This document shows positions 1 to 12,325 of a DNA stretch of 64,000 nucleotides, piece by piece; positions within the stretch are counted from its first letter, which is position 1; each line of letters starts with the position of its first letter. Where the stretch lies: NCBI GenBank assembly GCA_038087875.1, contig CM075989.1:14634001-14698000 (forward strand), written 5' to 3'. Under the pieces are notes generated by a model, which saw nothing but the letters and a program-made list of their open reading frames with translations, had not been told where the DNA came from and ran no database searches. The stretch is from Malacoraja senta (Eukaryota). Both the position numbers and the translations under genes were made by a program.

Positions 1-892
1 CTGATCGATCGAGGCTGATGATGCTGGATCCCCCGGTGGGCGATGGTAAGTCCCGCGTCAGTTTGAGCCGCGCCGGGCGATGTAAGGCCCTGCTCCGGGT
101 CGGTTTAAAATCGATTTAAACCCCTCGGTTCGGGCAGGAGAAGTTGCCGTTGCGGGAGCTCCAAAAAGCGGTCTCCCACCAGGGACCCGTGAGTTCCCGA
201 TGTTACCGTCCACCGGGCCTGCAACCGAAGCCTCTGAAGTCGGGTCGCAGCCGCGCGCCACCACAGCCCTCCGCGCTCCGAAGTCAGCCAGCTCAGTGAT
301 GGTGAATCCGCAGGCTCTGTGACTGGAGCCCCAGGTCGATTCCTGTTGGAGGCCGTCAGCTCCACAATGTTAGGCCCCAACGACAATGGAGACACGACAG
401 GGAAAATGTTGCGTCCCCGTACAGGGAAGAGATTAAAAAGTCCCCCCCATCCCCCCCACATATACACAGCTACAAATAAAATAAAACTAAAACCAAAAAC
501 ATAAACCTAACAGGACAAAAAGAAAGAAAAGACAGACAGACTGCAGTCGAGCCGCTGCCACAAGGTGGCGCCACACCGACAAAGTGTAGGAATGGAGGAG
601 AATAAACTGTAATGTCAACTGCAAACACCAAGACCAAACTCTCTATATCTCTAGTATAAATACACAATAAAAGGAGCAGCAGTTTACACAATAAAGGGCG
701 AGAATGGAAAACACTTTTATCAACAATTTCAATGAGCACAACGATGTAGAACAGATTGGAGAATTGTCTGTCAGTGAACGCTTTGTCATTTGTGATAAAT
801 ATGCAGTCATTAAATATTAATTCTGAATAAAAGAAATGTAAATATTTGTCCATTTGATAGAGTCGTTCTTCTATCTACAGAGGCTCTACTGT

Positions 893-2156
893 CACTATCA
901 ACTATTACCGCAAGTTTGTGCCGCAGTACGCGCAGATCGCAGAACCGCTACGGAAGCTGCTACAGAAAGACACACAGTGGGAATGGACAAGCGGGCAGGA
1001 CATTGCGTTCAACACGCTGAAAGACAAAATAGCATCTCCGCCTGTTCTCGTGCACTTCGATACAAGTGCTGAAACGTACACCACACCAGACCCTTCCAGT
1101 ATCGCGATCGGAGCGGTGTTATCTCAGGGCATCGATGGAAGTGAACGACTGATCGCATTCGCGTCCCGTCCCTTGACTACAATTGAACGTAAGTACTCCA
1201 CCGGGGAACGCGAAGCATTAGCGTGCATCTACGCGTGTGAACACTGACACCTATACCTATATGGGAGACCATTCACTCTCCGTGCGGATCACCAAGCGCT
1301 AACTACGTTACTGGATACGTCAGGCTCAGGACATCGTCCGCTCCGGATCTACAGATGGTCCGATCGCCTAATCAGTACAACTTCGAAATCGAATACCTCG
1401 CAGGTTCACACAATCGCATCGCAGACATGAACTTGCGCCCAAATCCAGACACAAAAGCGAGGGCGGAAACGATATCACACAGACAAGTGAAAGGGAAAAC
1501 GTACGTTGATGCCAAACGCAGAGTACAAGCGAGCGCCGCGGTTCAAGGTCGGCGACTGGGTACAAATCAGCCCCCCCAACAGACAACGTAAGCTCGCAAG
1601 CGCACTCTCAAAGCCGATACAGATCAAAGGGAGACTCGGTGAGAACGCGTACCTCCTCCACGATAACACCAGAGGGAACGCGAGACGTCTTATCGCAAGC
1701 AGACAGAGACAGGAAGAAGACGAACCGGATGCTTTTCCTTTCCTGATATCCAGTCATGACAGCGATCGCGGTCGCATGCAGCAGAGCAGCCAAATCCCGC
1801 TCCACGCTCCCAGCGACAGAAGAGACCTCAGTATCTGCAAGATTTTCAGCTGTGAAGCCAGAAACCGTTATATTCACTGAGCAGTTATTTTTTTGTACAT
1901 CCGTTTATTAATGGAGGACATGAAATTTGAAAGGACGTTGGACTGATTTTATATGGACTTATATTTGATTTGATAACTGGACTTAAATGATCGCCTTCAT
2001 TTACAAGGAGGGGAAAATACGTTGTGTCTGGAAGACTGTCCTTACAGTCACCACTAGAGGGCTCTGCCCCTATATGGATGTTTTCGGGGAATCAGTCGGC
2101 GGCCATCTTTAAAGCCGACTTACTGGATCGGTAATTATTGTCCGTCAAACATTACA
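893..2156 (+). mobile_element. Gypsy/Ty3 LTR retrotransposon remnant (RT end, RNase H, post-integrase tail, PPT, short 3' LTR)
   Basis: Reads NYYRKFVPQYAQIAEPLRKLL...AIGAVLSQ...IAFASRPLT..ERKYSTGEREALAC, then FTLRADHQAL, FEIEYLAGSHNRIAD and FKVGDWVQI, with stops and frameshifts. Polypurine tract AAGGAGGGGAAAA at 2005-2017. LTR-like segment at about 2020-2156 ending in ACA. Confidence 0.9.
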
Positions 2157-2259
2157 GGAACGGGGTACTGATTGTGGATGATCAGCCATGATCACATTGA
2201 ATGGCGGTGCTAGCTCCAAGGGGCGAATGGCCTACTGCACCTGTTGTCTATTCTTCAGT

Positions 2260-2287
2260 CTGAAGAAGGGTCTCGACCCGAAACGTC
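2260..2287 (+). ncRNA. Minimal type I hammerhead ribozyme-like core (Penelope-associated)
   Basis: CUGAAGA-A-GGGUCUCGACCC-GAA-ACGU-C: all core nucleotides present, stem II hairpin, palindromic ACGU stem III. Helix I is weak (about 2 bp). Confidence 0.55.
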
Positions 2288-3604
2288 GCCTATTCCTTCG
2301 CTCCATAGATGCTGCCTCACCCGCTGAGTTTCTCCAGGGTTTTTGTCTACCTTCGATTTTACCAGCATCTGCAGTTCTTTCTTCAACATATGAATCTGAG
2401 GGGTAACTTTTCCACACAGAGGGTGTTTGTATGGAATGAGCTGCCAGAGGAGGTAGTTGAGGCAGGGACTATCGCTATGTTTGAAAGACACTTGGACAGG
2501 TACATGGATAGGACAGGTTTAGAGGGACATGGGCCATTGTGAGCAGCTTTGGGTCCCACATCTGAGGAAGGATGTGCTTGGCACTGCAGAGGGTCCACAG
2601 GAGGTTTACAAGAACGATCCCAGGAATGAGTGGGTTAATGTACGATGAGCGTTTGTCTGCACTGGGCCTGGACTTGCTGGAGTTTGGAAGAATGAGGGGG
2701 TGGGTTCCTCATTAAAACTTTCCCAAATAGTGAAAGGCTTGGATAGAGTGGATGTGGAGAGGATGTTTCCACTAGTGAGAGAGTCTCGGACCACAGGGCA
2801 CAGCCTCAGAATCATGAGGGGTGGATTCACCAGCTCAATATTTTGCCAGCCCTATCCAAGTTGCCTTGACACAACACCTTACTGCTGGTACAAAACATGG
2901 TTCTATAGAGTCATAGAGTCTTACAGTATGGCCCATACACTTACATGGGCCTTACAGGCCCATCGGCCCAACTTGCCCACGCCAACCAACATGTCCCGTC
3001 TACACTAGTCCCACCTGCCTGCATTTGGCCCGTATTCCTCTGTACCTGTCTAAATGTTTCTTAAACGTTGCAATAGTACCTGCCTCAACTACCTCCCTGG
3101 CAGCTCGTTGCATACACCCACCACACTATGCGTGAAAAAGTTCTGCGGCTGGGATGGACTAACAACATTTCAGGTTGCAACTCTTCTTCAGACTAATCAG
3201 CCTGACGAAGGATCCCGACCCGAAATATGATCTGTCCATTTCCCTCCACAGATGCTGCCTGAACTGCAGAGTTCCTCAGGAACTTGGCTTATGGCTCAAG
3301 ATTCCAGCATCAGCCATCTCCTGCGTCGCCATCTTGCTGATGGTTACCTGGCCCCGGTGTGATCCGCTTCGGAGTTCTGGTGAGGAACCGCTGGCCGCCC
3401 TCTTTGTTTCTTGAAGTCACGGGATGGTCATTTTGTGTCAGATGTGAATCATCCAAACTCATCAGATTTTTTCAGTTTGTGGTTGGGCTGAAATTCCTCT
3501 CAGTGTAACTTGCAAGATGCCGTTGCTCACAGCAGCTGCTCACTGAGCATCGACGCTACTCGAGAAACAAGTGGAGCACAATCTCAGGCCATGCACAGTT
3601 TCTG

Positions 3605-3868
3605 TTTAGAAATACAGCACAGAAATAGACCTATCAGCCCACTGAGTCCAAACCAACCTTCAGACTAGTTCTATGTCAGCCCACTTTCTCATCCATTCCA
3701 AGAGGCCAATTTACTTGGGATGTGGGATAAAATCAGAACACCCGAAGGAAACCCACACAGTCACTGGTAGAACATGCAAACTTCACACAGACAGCATCCC
3801 AAGATCGGGATTAAACCCAGGTCTCTGGCGCTGTGAGGCAGCAGCACTACCCGATGCTCCACTGCGCT
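3605..3868 (-). mobile_element. HE1-like SINE
   Basis: Reverse-complement homolog of 5438-5748, diverged. Confidence 0.75.
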
Positions 3869-4281
3869 GTTATTGCTTTCAATCAGCACAGGAATCCCCT
3901 CGGAGAAATCTATCCGATTCTACCTACCACTCAAACAAGGCAGGGATCTCAGCATGGCCAGATATAGGGTGATATAATGTCGGACCACACTTATGCTGTA
4001 TAGGAAGGATCATGGTCCTGGGGTTTCCAGCCTACTCTCATTGATCTATCCATGAAGACAATATGAATCATGACAAGTAACATCTCCCAAAGAAACATGG
4101 CCTCAAGAGACAGGTGGGTACTGGGCGTATGGTGATGATAGGCTTGCTTGGCCTGTTGTGCATCCCCGACTTCCTTTGCACCTCCCTCAGTAGCTGTGTC
4201 TTCTGGAGTCCGCCCCAAATACTCCGTCCCAACCTCCTCCTTTGAGACAGACCTTCACATGTTGGAGGCAGAGTTAATGCC

Positions 4282-4572
4282 TTTAGACGTTAGACTTTAG
4301 AGATACAGTGTGGAAACAGGCCCTTCGCCCACCGAGTTGGCACCGGCCAGCAATCACTAGCACTATCCAACACACTGGGGTCAATTTACTATTTACAGTG
4401 TGTGAGGAAACTGGAACACCCACCTGTGTGTACACGTTGTACACAGGGGACACCCTGGTACACGTGACAGGGAGAACCTACAAAGTCCATACAGACACCA
4501 CTCGTAGTCAGGATCGAACCCATGTTTCTGGCCCTGTAAGGCAGCAACTCTACCGCTGCTGCACTGTCCTGC
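4282..4572 (-). mobile_element. HE1-like SINE
   Basis: Reverse-complement homolog of the SINE family. Confidence 0.8.
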
Positions 4573-5437
4573 CCACCTCATTGTCCTCAACCTAATCTAT
4601 CTATTTAATCTATCACTTATTAGGGATGAATTCTCAGCTCATCCCTTTTGCCAAAATTTGGAACAAATATTTCATTCATTCATCATAGTTGAAAACATCA
4701 GCGACGCAGTGGTGCTGGTTTCCAACGGGAACGGTGACGGACGCACCACACATCTCTGTCCTCCAGTTCCTGCCGACTTCCGCCGCTGGAAGTATAGGAT
4801 TTTGGTGGGTCCTTTGTCATCATTCCTTACAATGCTATGTACGACTGTGATCGCACCTTCTACTGAAGTGTGGATGGCCGTTGGCTCGCTAGGAGCTGAT
4901 CTGCCCTTTGACAGGTCTTGTTTCCGGTCCTGCTGGGGGTCCACAGCCCCCTCCTCGCCTGACAAACCAGGTGGGGGAGACGGTTTAGTCACCGACTATC
5001 CGACCGTAGCGCAGGTAGCGCGGGATTACATGGTACCCGTGGTGGGGGGGAACTCCCCCCGACCTGACCTTAAATACTGGGGACGATCTTTCTCCCCTCT
5101 TCCCCAAACCCCCAGCTTTCAGGCTTGAAATGTCGACACTCTTTCTCTCCGAGGGAGGGAAGCTATCTCTAATCGGACTTTATCTTGCACTAAATGTTGT
5201 GCCATTTACTCTTTACCCTGTGGACGGTTTGATTGAAATCATGTACAATATTGTTCTTTGACTGGATAGCTTGCAACAAAACTGTACCTCGGTCGGTACA
5301 CGTGACAATAATGAACTAAACTAATTGTTAACAATATGCCGACCACTCACAGCTCTTCTGTGGTCTTCTGAAGCTCTTCTTCAAGTAAAGCTTCTTCCGG
5401 TGTTCGCACCAAATGCCCCCCTCGCACAGAAATACAG

Positions 5438-5748
5438 CTCAGCGCAGCGGTAAGTTGTTCCCTTACAGCACCAGAGACCCGGGTTCGATCCTGACTATCG
5501 GTGCTGTCTATACAGAGTTTGTACATTCTCTCCATCACCTGCGTGGGTTTCCTACGGACGCACCGGTTTCCTCGCACACTCCAAAGACACACAAGTTTGT
5601 AGGTGAATGGGCTTCGGTAAAAACATTGTCAATTATCGCTAATGTGTGTAGGACAGTGCGAATGTACGGGGATCGCTGGGTGCACGGACTCGGTGGGCTG
5701 AAGGGCCTGTTTCCTTTCTGTAACTCGAAAGTCCAAAAGTCTAAAGTT
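5438..5748 (+). mobile_element. HE1-like tRNA-derived SINE (V-SINE type)
   Basis: tRNA-like head with B box GGTTCGATCC, central CCGGTTTCCTC..CACTCCAAAGAC domain, and GGGCTGAAGGGCCTGTTTC tail shared with CR1 3' ends. More than 12 homologous copies in the window. Confidence 0.88.
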
Positions 5749-6346
5749 CATTCCAAAGGTTCGCGAACCTATGGTGAAAGGGAACACGTCTGGTCAATTC
5801 TACAACTCTATTTATATGCATGAAAACTTACTACTCTTGATTTACCCAATTTATTTAATCTATCTGCATATAAGCTGTCTTGCCCCTTCATCGCTTCACA
5901 TCATTTAATTATATCATCCTGAAGTCTGTGCTTTCTGTAGGAGAAAGGCTCTGTCGTGGACCAGAGGGATCTTTAAAGCAGGAACAAATCGGATGGCTCA
6001 CTGAGCTTTTCCTGAGACCCTCGCAACACCCAACAGCTAGCCGGGCCAGAATGGGCAGCTTATCTTTGGAACCAAGGTTTTCTAAGTAAGTAAGTAAGTA
6101 AGTTTATTGGCCAAGTATTCACATACAAGGAATTTGCCTTGGTGCTCCGCCCACAAGTAACAACATGACATACAGTGACAGTTATGAATGGCTCAGAAAA
6201 CACTAAACATCAATAATAATAAATGAATGATGAAACACCATTGATCAAGCATGTGAACCAACAAAATACTCAACACTTTTGGTTTTCTATGTTTTGTATC
6301 AATTCTTTCCAACGACCTTTTACAATTGGCTGTTTGCTTTTACTTT

Positions 6347-6632
6347 GGGTGGCACAGTGGCGCTGTGGTTGAGTTGCTGCCTTACAACGCCACAGATCCG
6401 GCTTTGATCCAGACCACGGGTGCCGCCCATACATTCTCCCTGTGACTGCGTGGGTTTTCTCTGGGTCCTTTGGTTTCCTGTCACACTCCAAAGATGTGCA
6501 GGTTTGTAGGTTAATTAGCTTCTATAAATGGTCCCTAGTGTGTTGGATGGAACTAGTGTACAGGTGATCATTGCTTGGCGTGGGCTCGATGGGCCGAAGG
6601 GCCTGTTTCCACACGGCATCTCTAAACTAAAG
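6347..6632 (+). mobile_element. HE1-like SINE
   Basis: GGCACAGTGGCGC head through TCTCTAAACTAAA tail. Confidence 0.85.
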
Positions 6633-8019
6633 TGGACATGGACTAAGCATCTTCACAGACATCAGCTTGAGAGCAGCTTCTCTGCAGACACAAACTGAGA
6701 GCCGCATGTACGTCACCCGTTCATTAATCTGCACCGTGCCATCTGTTATAATGAGGACGTCACCTATTACAACACGACTGATGTGCAAATATTTTATCGC
6801 AAGGATGATTTTCCGCAGATTTGATCCAGACAGCGAGGACTAATGGCCTTATCACCGATCCTTGAAGGACTCTGCAGTAACCAGCCACACGAGCCTCATA
6901 ACGCCAGCGTTGTCCATGACAATGTGTCACTTCCACTTCCAACTTGGAACCTGCCTTCTGGCACAACAATAGATTCTGTCCACTGCACTCAGGGGATTAC
7001 TAACCGAGCAGAGTTCCTTGAACTAACTATCCATAAAACATAGTTGACATGGGATGAACATTTCTTCCCCTTCAATTGCCTGTGTATAACAATGGGGAGT
7101 TGCTTCCCATTCTCTACGAGCATCCCTGCTCTTCCCTGACAGTGAATGAGACCAGAATGGCCGTCTACCACTGGAGCAAGGCCAGCCTCCCCCACCTTTC
7201 GCCTCAAGCTGCAATTTCAGGTGACCCCCGAGTCATGAGGAGAACATGCAAACACCACCCAGACAGCACCCTAGGTCACAGCACATAAGTCATAGGAGCA
7301 GAAGTAGGCCATTCAGCCCATCGAGTCTACTCCGCCATTCAGTCATGTCTGATCTATCTTTCCCTCTCGACCGCATTCTCCTGCCTTCTCCCCATGACCC
7401 CTGACACCCGCACGAATCAACAATCTGCCAATCTCCGTCTTCGAAATACCCAATTACGTGGACTCCACAGATTCACCACCCTCATCTTCTTTTTAAAGGT
7501 ACGTCCTTTTACTCTGAGGCCTTGCCTTTTTTAGATGCATTTCTGGTGCTTTTCCTGATGTTGTTAAAGTGTCGTTGTAATGGAACACCTGGGTCTCTGG
7601 CGCCGTGAGGCAGCAGCACTACCCACTGCACCACTGTGCCGCCCTGGAAGGTATTCGCAGAGTCTTATTGATTTTGCTTCATCCATCCACAGCTATGACG
7701 ATAATCTCAGTTGCTGGGAGAATCGTGAAACATGCAGCGCTCGTTCAGTGCTGAGTCTAGAATGGTTGGCCGTGCAGTGTCAGAGTTCCTTCATCAGAAA
7801 TCCATAGCAGTTCAAATCACACCAGGGCAGTTCAAAATCTCAGTTCAATTTTGTTTTAAAGCTGCAGATAAACTCTGGCATGAAGTTTCTGATGATAAAA
7901 TTCAGTTCTTTAATAAGATTCTTCAGGAAAAGTGTTTAGGGCCAAATGCAGATTCCAATGGCACTTGTGATGTGGTTTCAATATTTGACAGTCAGTCTCA
8001 CCATTCCCATTCAAGCCTA

Positions 8020-8436
8020 ACATAGAAACATAGAAACATAGAAAATAGGTACAGGAGTAGGCCATTCGGCCCTTCGAGCCTGCACCGCCATTCAATATGA
8101 TCATGGGAGATCATCCAACTCAGTATCCCATCCCTGCCTTCTCTCCATACCCCATGATCCCTTTAGCCACAAGGGCCACATCTAACTCCCTCTTAAATAT
8201 AGCCAATGAACTGGCCTCAACTACCTTCTGTGGCAGAGAATTCCACAGATTCACCACTCTCTGGGTGAAAAACATTTTCCTCGTCTCAGTCCTAAATGAC
8301 CTACCTCTTATTCTTAAACTGGGACTTCTGGTTCTGGGCTTCCCCAAAATAGGGAACATTTTTCCTGCATTTAGCCTGTCCAATCCCTTAAGGATTGTAT
8401 ATGTTTCTATAAGATTCCCTCTCATCCTTCCAAATT
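8020..8436 (-). mobile_element. CR1 LINE 3' fragment (young)
   Basis: EFGRMRGNLIETYTILKGLDRL...FFTQRVVNLWNSLP is a CR1 ORF2 C-terminus. (TTCTATGT)n tail. Confidence 0.9.
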
Positions 8437-8550
8437 CCAATGAATTTACTCAATTGAAGAAGTCCCAGCCTATCCAGCCTCTCCCTCTATCTCAAGACCG
8501 CAAGCTAAGGTAACATCCCCGTAAATCTCTTCTGCGCCCTTTCCAACTTA

Positions 8551-8844
8551 AGGGCCTGTCCCGAGTTACTCACGAATTCTCCCCAGTTTTCCCCTTGATT
8601 CAAACACAGAGAATGTCCGTAGCGAGTCCGTAGGAGGCCGTATATATATATCGTAGCGGCTCGTTATGCCAGCCGTAGGTACTCGGGGCATCAGGTAAGT
8701 CGGGACATTTTTTCCAGCTTGACAAAAAAGTCCACGAGTAAAAAGATAGTCGGGAGGAAGAGTTCGTCCATCACAAAAATCTTGAATTTTTTTTTTAAGG
8801 TCCTTTGAACTCGCCAGAAGACTCGGGAAAGTGGGACGGGCCCT
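8551..8844. mobile_element. PIF/Harbinger-type MITE
   Basis: Ends AGGGCCTGTCCC and GTGGGACGGGCCCT, flanked by TTA and TAA. Internal similarity to 22176-22505. Interrupts a CR1 fragment. Confidence 0.75.
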
Positions 8845-9354
8845 TAAATGACATCCTTCCTATCGCTGGGTGAGCAAAACTGCTCACAGTACTCCAAGTG
8901 TGGTCACACCATGACTTGTGTAGCTGCTTCATGTTCTCCCGACAGTTGTACTCTTCCCAACGAAGGCAAGCGTGCCAAACACCTTTTCATTTTCCTATCG
9001 GAAATTCGGTAGCAACCCTGTTAGCGCTGTTTAAAACTATTTACTTTTATTTACTTCTGGTCTATTTGCGGGGTTTGGACAAGCTGGGACATCAACATCC
9101 ATGCTGTCTGAATCCACACACAGATATATGTGAGCTGCCTTCATGTACTTTGCCTCTGTGTAAACTGCTGCGACCAATTTGTCACAGGTTTGGAAGCTCA
9201 CAGCCACTTTAATAGAATTGAGCTCCACTGGAACTGAGACCAGAACATCCACAGACATCTGCACAAATACTCCAGCAGCGACCATTTAAAAATCAAACTC
9301 GGGTTGATTCAAGCACAATGCCAGCGCTGATACAAATGCAATACTGACTGAAAG

Positions 9355-9885
9355 AGGACTTCAGTTAGGCCACATTTGGAGAATTGAACGCAGATCTGGG
9401 CGCCATCATTACAGGAATGATGCAAAGTCTTTGGAAAGGATGCATAGAAAATTAACCACATTGATGCCTGGATTAAAGGTTATTAGTTGCAGGGAGAGGT
9501 TGGACAGACTTGGATTGTTTTCCCTGGGACGTCGGAGATTGCGGGGAGACCGATAACCTTATGCGAGCCACAGATAGGGTAAGCAGTCAGAACCTTTTCC
9601 CCATGAATACTAGAGTGCATAACTCTAAAGTGAGAGGGGCAAAGTTTAAAGGAGGTGTACAGGCAAGTGGTGGTTTAACACAGATGGTGGTGAGTGCCTG
9701 GAACCTGCTGCCGGGGTGGTGGTTGAAGCAGATGCATTAGTGTCATTTAAAAGACTTTTGGATAGGAGTATGGATATGCAGGGTGTGGGTTATGTGCAGT
9801 GATAGTCTTGGCAATATATTTGGCACAGATATTGTGGGCCGAAGGGCCTGTTCTTGTGCTGTACTGTTCTATGCTCTGTGTTCTG
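9355..9885 (+). mobile_element. CR1 LINE 3' fragment (degraded)
   Basis: Homologous to the CR1 ORF2 end, followed by a GGGCCGAAGGGCCTG tail. Confidence 0.75.
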
Positions 9886-10040
9886 TAACTCCAAGCTCAG
9901 TTAATGGATTCCCTGCACCACGTTGGCATTATGGCCTTGGACATATTATTCAAGATACTTTTAGAGGAACACAACTACTTCAGTCATGGAGTCCCGGAGG
10001 GGGGGGGGGGGCTGTGTAATGATGTTGGTGGCCCTGACAC

Positions 10041-10584
10041 TAGGGTTGCCAACTGTCCTGTATTAGCCGGGACATCCCGTATATTGGGCTAAATTGGTTT
10101 GTCCCATACAGAACCGCCCTTGTCCCGTATTTCACTGCTACTGCTCGGGTCGAGGGGACTGTTGGGCGAGGCGCCACGTCCGGCCCCGCCTCACACATCC
10201 CGACGTGGTGCAGCCCATGGAGTGCAGCAGCAGTGCCTCGCCCATGGCCCCGTTGGTCGGCAGACCGGCCAGCTGTCCAACCTTCGGACCTTCGCTTACC
10301 GCCGACACCACCACCACCACCACCCCTCCTTCTCATGGTCAATCATCGGTTCATGAGTTGGATGGGGTGCTGAACTTTGCGCGCCGGGGCCAAAACTCCT
10401 CAGCTGGCCCGCCGGCTGGGCTTTGTGTCCAGTCCAGCACCCGGGCCAAACTCATCATTCATCCAACCACGGCCAAGTCGGTCAACGAATTGCCGTCGGG
10501 AATTTGTACTTTATTTTGACCTTTTGTCCCTTATTTGGGAGTGAGAAAATTGGCAACCCTAGAGTGAGAAAATTGGCAACCCTA
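10041..10584 (+). mobile_element. Non-autonomous hAT MITE, family A copy 1
   Basis: TIR TAGGGTTGCCAA...TTGGCAACCCTA. 8-bp TSD CCTGACAC at 10033-10040 and 10585-10592. Homologous to 17945-18441. Confidence 0.92.
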
Positions 10585-11517
10585 CCTGACACATTCACGT
10601 CTTTGGAGGTGGACAAAAATGCTGGAGAAACTCAGCGGGTGAGGCAGCATCTATGGAGCGAAGGAAATAGGCAACGTTTCGGGTCGAGATCCTTCTTCAC
10701 AGCTCTGAGTTCTGATTTACAGCACTGTTTCATGGCCATGAATGGGGAGTGGGTGGGCTGGCTGCTGTGACAATTCCCTGCCCACTGTGACATGGAACCG
10801 CTGATTGGGATGTACATTGGTGATAGACCAGGCAACTGCGGTTGATGAAAGCTTTCTGTGTGCCAAGGGTTTACCGCCCCTTGTTCTGCCAGCAAGCCTC
10901 ACTGAATTTTATTATCAGTCGGGGTTATCGTGCAATGTGCAGGGGGCTTGAAATATCAGTGTGAATAATTTATTAGAGAGAATTATGTTGCCATGCAGAG
11001 GCTGAGGGCTGCGTAAATTCCCCACGAGAGGGACATTTAATGGTGCAGAACCATCATCTTAACTACCTCAGTCTACTCTTTCACTTAGATGTTTAAAATT
11101 CAGGTGAAATCCACTGAGATAAAAAGCAAACATTACTGACAGAGGATTATAAACAGAAGAATGTCCCCCCCCACCGTTGAATAATGTTCCACCTGCACTG
11201 GATCCCTTTTTATTAAATGCTACCACCTGGTGGCGGAACCCATCAACTGCAACTGGTGGGTGGAAGGGATCAGCACACAGGGAGGGTACAACCACAGTCG
11301 TAGAGTCATAGAGAGTGGAAACAGGCCCTTCGGCCCAACTTGCCCACACCGGCCAACATGTCCCAGCTACACTAGTCCCACCTGCCTGCGTTTGACATCA
11401 GCACTGACAGTCTCACTGGCCATCTCTACTCCAATGACCAGTTGGAGGATCCTATATATGCTTCCTATATCAATGCAAGCTGCCGAGATTCCTCGGATCC
11501 TATACAGTTAATATAGG

Positions 11518-12035
11518 CAGTACAGTATAGGAACAGGCCCTTCGGCCCACAATGTCTGTGCCAAACATGATGCCAGGTTAAAGTAATCACCTCTGCCTGC
11601 ATCTGATCCATATCCCTCCATTCCCAGCTTATCCAGGCGCCTATCCAAACTACTCTTAAACGCCACAGTCGTACCTGCCCCCACCACCACCTCCAGCCGC
11701 ACATTCCAGGCACCCACCACACTCTGCATGAAATACTTACACCGCATAACTTGGCCCTCGCACTTTGAAGCCACTCTACTCTCACTCTCGTTTTTCACAT
11801 TTTCATCCTGGGAAATGGTTCTGAATATTTATCCCATGATCCATGATTTCATAATTTTACATTCTTCTATCAAGTCTCCATTCAGCCTCCGATGCCCCAG
11901 AGAAAACACTCTAAGTTTGTCCAACCACTCTTTATAGCTAAGACACTCGAATCCAAACAGTATTCTGGTTAGCTTCTTCTGCACCCTCTCCAAACCCTCC
12001 TTGATCTTCTTACAATGGGGGGGCCAGAACTGCAC
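11518..12035 (-). mobile_element. CR1 LINE 3' fragment
   Basis: QFWPPH...LERVQKKLTRI...LSYKEWLDKLRVFSLGHRRLNGDLIE. Confidence 0.82.
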
Positions 12036-12043
12036 ACAAGACA

Positions 12044-12325
12044 GACAGTGGTGTAATGGTAGAGCTGCTGCCTTATAGTGTCAGAGACCCAGGTTCCATC
12101 CTGTCCTTGGGTGCGTTTGCATTCTCCCTGTGACTTCGTGGGTTCTCTCTGGGTGCTCCAGTTTCTTCCCACATTCCAGACATGCAGGTTTGTAGGTTAA
12201 TTGGCTTCTGTAAAATGTCCCTGGCGTGTCAGATAGAACTAGTGTGCGGTGATCGTTGGCCAGCACTGGCTCGGTAGGTCAAAGGGACTGTTTCCACAAT
12301 GTTTCTCTGAAAGCAAAACGAACAA
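12044..12325 (+). mobile_element. HE1-like SINE
   Basis: Same head, central domain and tail. Confidence 0.8.

Noticed and set aside
4930..5000. GGGGGTCCACAGC...CCTCCTCGCC resembling HDV/CPEB3 ribozyme motifs
   Set aside because: I could not build P3, P1 or P1.1 pairings. It folds as a simple hairpin.
5438..5500. tRNA-like A/B boxes here and in other copies
   Set aside because: These are SINE heads continuing into the SINE body. No complete cloverleaf.
7732..9285. Protein-like short ORFs at 7732-8025, 8898-9212 and 9037-9285
   Set aside because: No recognisable homology (including to the UNC13C C-terminus) and no consistent splice signals.
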